64,000 nt of DNA from an uncultured Gammaproteobacteria bacterium. Its GTDB lineage: Bacteria > Pseudomonadota > Gammaproteobacteria > Steroidobacterales > Steroidobacteraceae. How positions within the stretch are numbered: the first letter of the stretch is position 1; the number at the start of each line of letters is the position of its first letter. Location of the stretch: positions 60,281 through 124,280 of the forward strand of contig CAVQKW010000008.1 in NCBI GenBank assembly GCA_963713175.1. The letters are read 5' to 3'. The position numbers were made by a program, and so were the translations under genes. Below are positions 56,029 to 64,000 of this stretch, one piece after another. A model generated the notes under the pieces. It saw only the letters and a list, made by a program, of their open reading frames with translations, was not told where the DNA came from and made no database searches.

Positions 56029-58613
56029 ATTCCCGGAAGATCAACGTCACGCCGATGGTCCTCGGCCGGAACGTGAAGTCGCGCTCGAGGCGGCTCGCGC
56101 CCGGGGCGTGGTCGGCATGGCACGCCCCCAGGCGCGCCCGGGATTGCTGCAGATCTGTAGTTGTAGTCGGTGAGCGAGTGGGTATTCGTCAGGTTGTCGA
56201 CGAAGCCCTGCAGCGACCACGGGCCGAACTGCATGCCGGTGCGGAAGCTCGACGAAGGTGGTGGACGCCAGCACAAAATTCGCCGGGTCGTACTGCGAGC
56301 TGCCCGGGTCCTCGCTCGGGGTCGCCCACTTGGCGCGCCCCTCGTACTCCGCGTCGAAGCGCACGAAGCTGTCATGGGCGGCGACGTTGAAGTGGTACTC
56401 CAGGCCCGGGACGCCGTGAAGGGCGCGGCCGGCGCACCACCGCCCGCCTCGCTGCTGGGGCCTACGATGGCATCACCGTCGGTTACCAGCGGGTTCGGGC
56501 TGAGCGCGCACGGCGCACCACCGGTCGGCCCCCCGGGCGGACAGGGCGCGGCGAAGCGAAACTGCTCCGTATAGCGTGCCTCGGTGTAGCCGGTGGCGAG
56601 CTCCATGGTGAGATTGTCGGTAAAGGAGATGTCCGCCTGCAGGTCCGCGCCCTTCGCCACCGCGTTGCCGGTGTTGGCGATGAAGGAGATCTGGCACACC
56701 GGCGGCACGATCAGCTGCTGGATGTTGTTCCACTGGATGTAGTAGATGCTGGTCGCGAGTCGCACCCGGTTGTTGAAGTTGTTCTTGGCGCCGAGCTCGT
56801 AGCTGTTGACGGAATCGGAATTGAAGGTCGCCGGGTCCGTCGTGATGCCGAAGTTGTTGAAATCGGTGGGGCAGGCCGCGAACGGAATCGGGTTGTTGGC
56901 GCCGCCGGGCCGGAAGCCCTTGGCGTAGGTCGCGTAGTACATGTCGCTCGGGTCCGCCTGGAACTGCAGGCTCGCCTTGGGCGTGAAGGCGTTCTCGGCG
57001 TTATTGCCCGTGCCGGCGCGCGTCGGGGCGTAGAGCTGCGGGCCGCCGGTGAGGGTGTCGAAGCTGTACTTCATGTGCGATTCGCGTGCGCCCACGGTCA
57101 GCTTGAGCTGCTCGGTGAAGGCGTAGGTGAGCTCGCCGAAGATGGCGAGCTGCTGGTCCTTGGAGTTGGTCTTGAGGAAGTAGGAGTCGAACGGGAACGC
57201 CGGATCGTAGGCGTCCGGCCCGGTGCAGACCCCGGCGTTGTTGAGATAGCAGAAGACATCCGTGTAAGGCAGTCCCAGCACCGCCTCGGTGAGCTGGTTC
57301 AGCATCGGGTCGTGGATCTGCTCGAGATAGGTCTGGCGGTTCTCGTTGGCGAACAGCCCCGTCGTCCACACGAGCCGCGAGTTCGAGTCGGCGGACTGCA
57401 GACGAATCTCCTGCGTGATGTTCTCCTGGCCGTTGTCGATGGTCGAGGGCGCGCGATAGTCGAGCCCCGGCACGTGCAGGCCGTTGGCGTCGAGCAGCGG
57501 GAACGGCACCAGCCAGGGGCTGCCGGGAGGACTGTCGAGGAAGATCGGCGCCGCGTTCTGCGTCTGGTAGTAGCCGAGGTTGTAGAGCGTGCCCTCGTAG
57601 CCGGTCTGGTTGCTGCGGTGATAGAAGGAGGTGTTCGAGATCAGCTGTACCGCGCCCAGGTCGCCCTCGATCTTCAGCGCCGGCAGGTAGAACTGGTCGG
57701 GGGAGTTGCGTGGGTTCGGGTCGGCGTTCACGAAGCGGTCGCTCCCCGGATCGGAGTACAGCGGCCAGTAGGTCGAGATGTCGTGGCGCTGGCGGCTCTG
57801 GTAGTAGATGCTGGGCGTCACCCGCCAGTGCTCGTTCGGCGCCCACAGCCCCGCCAGCCGGATGAGCTCCGTTTCCTCGTGGTTGGCGTTGTGCTCCACG
57901 GTCTGCAGCGTGTAGGGATCGAGGTCGTCGATCCAGCCGCCGTCCCGGCGGTACCACACCGAGAGGCGGGCGCCGAACACCCCTTGCACCAGCGGCCCGC
58001 CGGCGGCGACCCCGGCCTCGTAGCTCGGGTCGCCTCCCTGAGTGCTCGAGAGCTCCGCGCGCGCGTACACACTATCCTTGGTGAGGCTCGGCTGGGTCGT
58101 GATGTAGCGCACCGTGCCGCCCTCGGACCCCGAGCCGAAGAGAGTCCCCTGCGGGCCGCGCAGCACCTCGACGCGGTCGACGTCGAAGGACTTCGGCAGT
58201 GCCTCGTCCGGACTGAACGCCAGTGCGCGCATCTGTATCGGCGTGTCGTCGATGTAGATGCCCGTGGTTCCGGCGCCGCCGGTGCCGGAGATGCCGCGGA
58301 TCGAGATGTTGTTGGTGCCGGAGTTGTCGAAGTTGACGCCCGGCGTGAAGCGCGCGACCTCGGAGAAGTCCTTGACGCCGCGATCGTCGAGGCTCTCCTG
58401 GGTAAGCGCGGTGATGCTGATCGGAACCTTGGAGAGGCTCTCCTCGCGGCGCGTGGCGGTGACGGTGATCTCCTGCAGCGGCCCGACCGTGGCCGCTTCC
58501 GTGGCGGCCTGGTCGGCGGCCTGGTCGGCCCATGCGGCCGTGCAGCAGGCCAGTAACGCCACCGCGGCGCTCGCGCACGCGGGCCGGCGGACAAATCCGT
58601 GGTGCTGACGCAT
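56029..58613 (-). pseudogene. TonB-dependent receptor, several frameshifts in the C-terminal quarter
   Basis: Signal peptide and plug (QEITVTATRREESLSKVPISITALT...VEVLRGPQGTLFGSG). Long beta-barrel. The true C-terminus TFRPRTIGVTLIFRE, from my translation, ends at 56029. Confidence 0.85.
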
Positions 58614-58740
58614 CGAGCCTCCCGAACAGATGCAGGTCTTGTAGGTTTTTTCAGGTCCCGCCGCACCGCGAGCTGCGCCGGCCCGGCGACAAGGTAACGC
58701 GGCCCCGCAGCCGAAGGCAAACGGGGATGCGCTCAGGCCC

Positions 58741-60912
58741 TCAGGCGCGCAGACCGCGGCTCACGGGCAAGGTGCGCACCCGCTTGCCGGTGGCGGAGTA
58801 GATGGCGTTGCACAGCGCCGCGCTCACGCAGGCCGTGCCGGTCTCGCCCACACCACCCGGATCGTGGCCGCTCGCCACCAGGTGCACCTCAACGCGCGGG
58901 GCTGCATCGATCCGCAGCGATTGAAAATCGTTGAAGTTCGTCTGCTGCACGCGCCCGTTGGCGATCGTGATCTCGTTGCTGAGCGCCGCGCTCACACCGA
59001 AGGTCACACCGCCCTCGAGCTGCGCGCGCACCGTGTCGGGATTGACCACCTGACCGCAATCCATCGCACACACCACCCGCTCGACGCGCGGCCGGCCGTC
59101 CGTGCCGACGCTCACCTCGGCGACCTGCGCGAGATAGCTGCCGAATGCGTACTGCAGCGATACCCCGCGCCCGCTGCCCGCCGGCAGCGCCGTGCCCCAG
59201 CCGGCGCGATCGGCTGCCAGCTCGAGCACTGCGCGCAGCCGCTCGTCCTTCAACAGCGCGCGCCGATAGCTCACCGGGTCCTGCTGTGCCGCGAGCGCCA
59301 GCTCGTCCACGAAGCTCTCCACCGCGAACACGCTGCGTGTCGGGCCGACACCGCGCCACCAGCCCGTGGGAACGCCGCGCGGATCGCGGCGCACGAACCG
59401 CACCTCGATGTTCTCCAGCGGGTAGGCGAGATCTGCGGCGCAGGTGATGGCATCCAGATCCACGCCGTTCTTGACCGTCGCCTCGCCATAATACAAGGCC
59501 CACAGGCCCGCCCCGGCGATCGTATGCCGCCACGCGAGCGGCTTGCCGTGCGCATCGAGCGATGCCGACAGGCGGTCCACGTAGTAGGGTCGGTAGCGGT
59601 CGTGGCGAATGTCCTCCTCGCGGCTCCACAACACCCGCACCGGCCCTTGCACGTGGCGCGCGACGCGCGCCGCCAGCACCACACCGTCCACCTCGAGCCG
59701 GCGGCCGAAGCCCCCGCCAATGAGCTGATTGTGGAGGCGGATCTGCCCGGGCTGCAGCCCGAGCTCGAGGAGCTTGGCGACCGCGCGGTCGGGCGCCTGG
59801 GTTCCGGTCCAGATCTCGCACTCGTGCTCGCGCCAGTCGACCGTGCAGTTCATGGGCTCGAGCGTGGCGTGGGCGAGGAAGGGCTGGTGATAGACCGCCT
59901 CGACGTGCGTCGTGGCGTGCGCCGCGGCCTCGGCCGGCTTGCCCCGGGTGAGGGCCACCGCGCCGGGTTCGTGGACTGCGCGCTCCAGATCCGCGACGAG
60001 CTGCGCCTGCTGCGTGCTCGCGTTGGCACCGTCGTCCCACTGGGGAGCGAGCGCCTTCATGCCTTTCATCGCCGACCAGGTATCGTCCGCCACGACCGCA
60101 ACGAGGTCAGCGTCATTCACGACCTGGCGCACGCCACGCACCGCGAGCGCTGCGCTCTCGGAGAGCGAGCCCACGCTGCCGCCCTGCACGGGAGAGATCG
60201 CAATGAGCCCCACCCTGGCGTGCGGCGGGCGCACGTCGATGCCGAACTGCGCGCTGCCGTCCACCTTGCCCGGCGTATCGAGCCGGGCAATCGGTCGGCC
60301 GATCAACCTGAAATCCTTGGCCGGCTTCAAGGCGGGAGGTTTCGGCACCGGCAGCGCCGCGGCCGCGCTCGCCAGTACTCCGTAGTTGAGGCGTCGGCCC
60401 GTGGCGCCGTGGATCACCTCGCCGCTCTGCGCGCGGCAGCTGTCGATGGGCACCCGCCAGCGCCGCGCGGCCGCCTGGATCAGCATCAGCCGGGCGGTCG
60501 CCCCCGCCTGCCGCAGCGGCGTGAAGCACTGGATGATCGAGAGCGACGTGCCGGTCGACTGGTCCCACTTCAGGCCCTCGTCGGCGGAAGGGTCGGGCAC
60601 GAAACCGTAGACGTCGGGTTGTGGTGGGGCAGCTTCGAGCGTGACCGCGGCGAGATCGATCTCCAGCTCTTCGGCGATCAGCATGGGAAGCGAGGTGTAG
60701 GTACCCTGCCCCATCTCCACCTTCGGCATGATGAGCGTCGCCCGGCCGTCGCGCCCGATGCGCACGAAGGCATTGAGGGTGCCGGGGCCGCCCGCCGGCG
60801 CGAGCCCGCGCGGGTGCAGCCGCTCGAGCGCGACGCCGATGACCAGCGCCCCGCCCACCGCGGCAGACAGCTGCACGAAGCGCCGGCGGGTGAGCGCGGC
60901 CGGGTCCCTCAT
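58741..60912 (-). CDS. Tat-exported xanthine-dehydrogenase-family molybdopterin-binding subunit (IorB / aldehyde oxidoreductase large subunit-like)
   Basis: Start MRDPAALTRRRFVQLSAAVGGALVIG (Tat). About 720 aa, with the typical family C-terminus GETGTACVSAALCNAIYSATGKRVRTLP. Confidence 0.85.
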   Translation of the reverse strand: MRDPAALTRRRFVQLSAAVGGALVIGVALERLHPRGLAPAGGPGTLNAFVRIGRDGRATLIMPKVEMGQGTYTSLPMLIAEELEIDLAAVTLEAAPPQPDVYGFVPDPSADEGLKWDQSTGTSLSIIQCFTPLRQAGATARLMLIQAAARRWRVPIDSCRAQSGEVIHGATGRRLNYGVLASAAAALPVPKPPALKPAKDFRLIGRPIARLDTPGKVDGSAQFGIDVRPPHARVGLIAISPVQGGSVGSLSESAALAVRGVRQVVNDADLVAVVADDTWSAMKGMKALAPQWDDGANASTQQAQLVADLERAVHEPGAVALTRGKPAEAAAHATTHVEAVYHQPFLAHATLEPMNCTVDWREHECEIWTGTQAPDRAVAKLLELGLQPGQIRLHNQLIGGGFGRRLEVDGVVLAARVARHVQGPVRVLWSREEDIRHDRYRPYYVDRLSASLDAHGKPLAWRHTIAGAGLWALYYGEATVKNGVDLDAITCAADLAYPLENIEVRFVRRDPRGVPTGWWRGVGPTRSVFAVESFVDELALAAQQDPVSYRRALLKDERLRAVLELAADRAGWGTALPAGSGRGVSLQYAFGSYLAQVAEVSVGTDGRPRVERVVCAMDCGQVVNPDTVRAQLEGGVTFGVSAALSNEITIANGRVQQTNFNDFQSLRIDAAPRVEVHLVASGHDPGGVGETGTACVSAALCNAIYSATGKRVRTLPVSRGLRA

Positions 60913-61015
60913 GATCGCCGGTCGGCCGGTTCGACCACTATATATATGAATACCTTCAGCTTCGTCGTCGGCATTGCCTCCCCCTCGCCGCGCGCTGCGC
61001 ACGCGGCGCGCAAAG

Positions 61016-61819
61016 TCAGCGTGCCAGCCGCGTAACGCCGCGGCCCGCAGCCGCGCGCGCGGTCTGCAGCAGCACCGGTGCCAGCTTCGATCGTAACTCG
61101 GCCAGCGTCCAGCGGCTGGTCGGCGCGGAAACGTTCACCGCCGCCACCGGGGTGCCGTCCTCCCCCAGCACCGCCGCGGCGATCGTGAGATCCCCCCGGT
61201 AGCACTCCTGGTCGGACCAGGCATAGCCCGCCTCGCGCGCCGCCTGGATGCGTCGGATGACTTCGCGTGGTTCGGTGAGCGTGAAGGGCGTGAGCGCGCG
61301 CAGGGTGCAGCGGCGCACGATACGCCGCGCCTGCTCGGCGGGCAGCGCCGCGAGGTAGGCGCGCCCCGAGGCCGTGCAGTACATCGGCAGCCGCTGCCCG
61401 ACCGGCATGTGGATGACGAAGCGCTTGCGGCTCGGAAAGCGCGCGATGAACACCATCTCGATGCCGTCGGGCTCCGACAGGCTCACCGACTCCCCGCTCG
61501 CCTGATTGAGGTCGATGAGATGGGTGGTCGCCTGCTCCACCAGCGCGTGGCCGCAGAGGTAGGCATGCGCCAGCGACAGCGCACGCGGGGCGAGCACCCA
61601 GCGCCGGTTGCGGGCGTCGCGATTGAGATAGCCGAGCCGGGCAAGGGTGTGGGTGCAACGCTGCGCGGAGCTTACGGTCATCGCGGCGCCGGCGGCGAGC
61701 TCGGCGAGGCTCAGGGCGCGCCGCTCACCGCCGAAGCTCTCGAGCAGCGCCAGCGCCTTCGCGACCGAGCTGTTGAACAGCGGATCGCGCGCCGGCGGCT
61801 TGCGCGGCGTACGCTTCAT
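61016..61819 (-). CDS. IclR family transcriptional regulator
   Basis: N-terminal wHTH SVAKALALLESFGGERRALSLAELAAGAAMTVSSAQRCTHTLARLGYL. C-terminal IclR effector domain (...AAVNVSAPTSRW). Confidence 0.9.
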   Translation of the reverse strand: MKRTPRKPPARDPLFNSSVAKALALLESFGGERRALSLAELAAGAAMTVSSAQRCTHTLARLGYLNRDARNRRWVLAPRALSLAHAYLCGHALVEQATTHLIDLNQASGESVSLSEPDGIEMVFIARFPSRKRFVIHMPVGQRLPMYCTASGRAYLAALPAEQARRIVRRCTLRALTPFTLTEPREVIRRIQAAREAGYAWSDQECYRGDLTIAAAVLGEDGTPVAAVNVSAPTSRWTLAELRSKLAPVLLQTARAAAGRGVTRLAR

Positions 61820-61833
61820 GATCTCAGTATGGG

Positions 61834-61850
61834 CTATCGATAATCGATAG
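61834..61850. promoter_or_regulatory. perfect 8-1-8 palindrome CTATCGAT-A-ATCGATAG, putative IclR autoregulatory operator
   Basis: It lies 15 nt upstream of the IclR start codon and 1 nt after the serS stop. The same 17-mer occurs at 53191-53207. Confidence 0.5.
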
Positions 61851-61851
61851 T

Positions 61852-64000
<2,149 letters not shown>

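Noticed and set aside
57075-58556. 493-aa plus-strand ORF
   Set aside because: It is antisense to the TonB-dependent receptor, with shadow-ORF composition.
55374-58613. Apparent 1079-aa giant ORF
   Set aside because: Only the first 800 residues or so are the TonB-dependent receptor. After frameshifts the frame runs on through the intergenic region and antisense to the cytochrome c genes. My translation places the true receptor C-terminus (TFRPRTIGVTLIFRE) at 56029 in another frame.
58614-58740. Leader of the TonB-dependent receptor, checked for a cobalamin or other riboswitch
   Set aside because: It is only about 127 nt, with no recognisable conserved riboswitch core such as a B12 box. It is more likely just a weak terminator hairpin after iorB plus a promoter.
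58864-61035. 723-aa plus-strand ORF
   Set aside because: It is antisense to the IorB-type molybdoenzyme gene, which has a clear Tat signal and family motifs. The composition is the Arg/Ala/Gly-rich shadow type.
61834-61850. Palindrome immediately after the serS stop, considered as a rho-independent terminator
   Set aside because: The stem is AT-rich, there is only a 1-nt loop, and no U-tract follows. The identical 17-mer in a second promoter region (53191-53207) points to a protein-binding site instead. A dual role cannot be excluded.

Overview
Very GC-rich bacterial chromosome segment, by eye about two-thirds G+C. Gene content looks proteobacterial: rarA-serS synteny, a TonB-dependent receptor, a PEP-CTERM protein, and many Tat/Sec-exported redox enzymes. 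I count about 65 genes. Left third: a sugar or glycoside oxidation cluster (GMC oxidoreductase, TIM-barrel isomerase-like enzyme, NupG-like MFS, Gfo/Idh/MocA), a non-pyrrolysine MttB-family methyltransferase, four secreted peptidases (S15, M13, HExxH, S9), PhzF, AlaX, an O-methyltransferase, and mauE-mauD divergent from a PLP decarboxylase. It also holds TMEM175/OsmC/pirin, SDR/HutD, a sugar MFS with trehalase, and a PQQ dehydrogenase with cytochrome c. Middle: an exported beta-propeller and FAD-oxidase cluster, then a 14.1-kb integrative element in tRNA-Ser(UGA) bounded by perfect 58-bp direct repeats (35028-35085 and 49086-49143). The element carries a tyrosine integrase, a Prim-Pol/helicase, an iteron-like region, HigBA, a VRR-NUC-like nuclease, TerL and a tape-measure-like protein, but no recognisable portal or capsid. 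Right third: a PEP-CTERM protein, a methyltransferase plus ParB-like pair, and an FAD amine-oxidase-like gene divergent from TTQ amine dehydrogenase genes mauB-mauA with two c-type cytochromes. These are followed by a TonB-dependent receptor, an orphan IorB-type molybdoenzyme subunit, an IclR regulator, serS and rarA. A 17-nt AT-rich palindromic motif is identical at the IclR promoter and in the mauB/FAD-oxidoreductase intergenic region. About a third of the genes, including essential serS, have broken reading frames, and the breaks occur in regional clusters. I read this as indel error in the assembly rather than biology. No CRISPR array and no rRNA were seen. All family assignments come from reading the supplied translations by eye; no searches were run.
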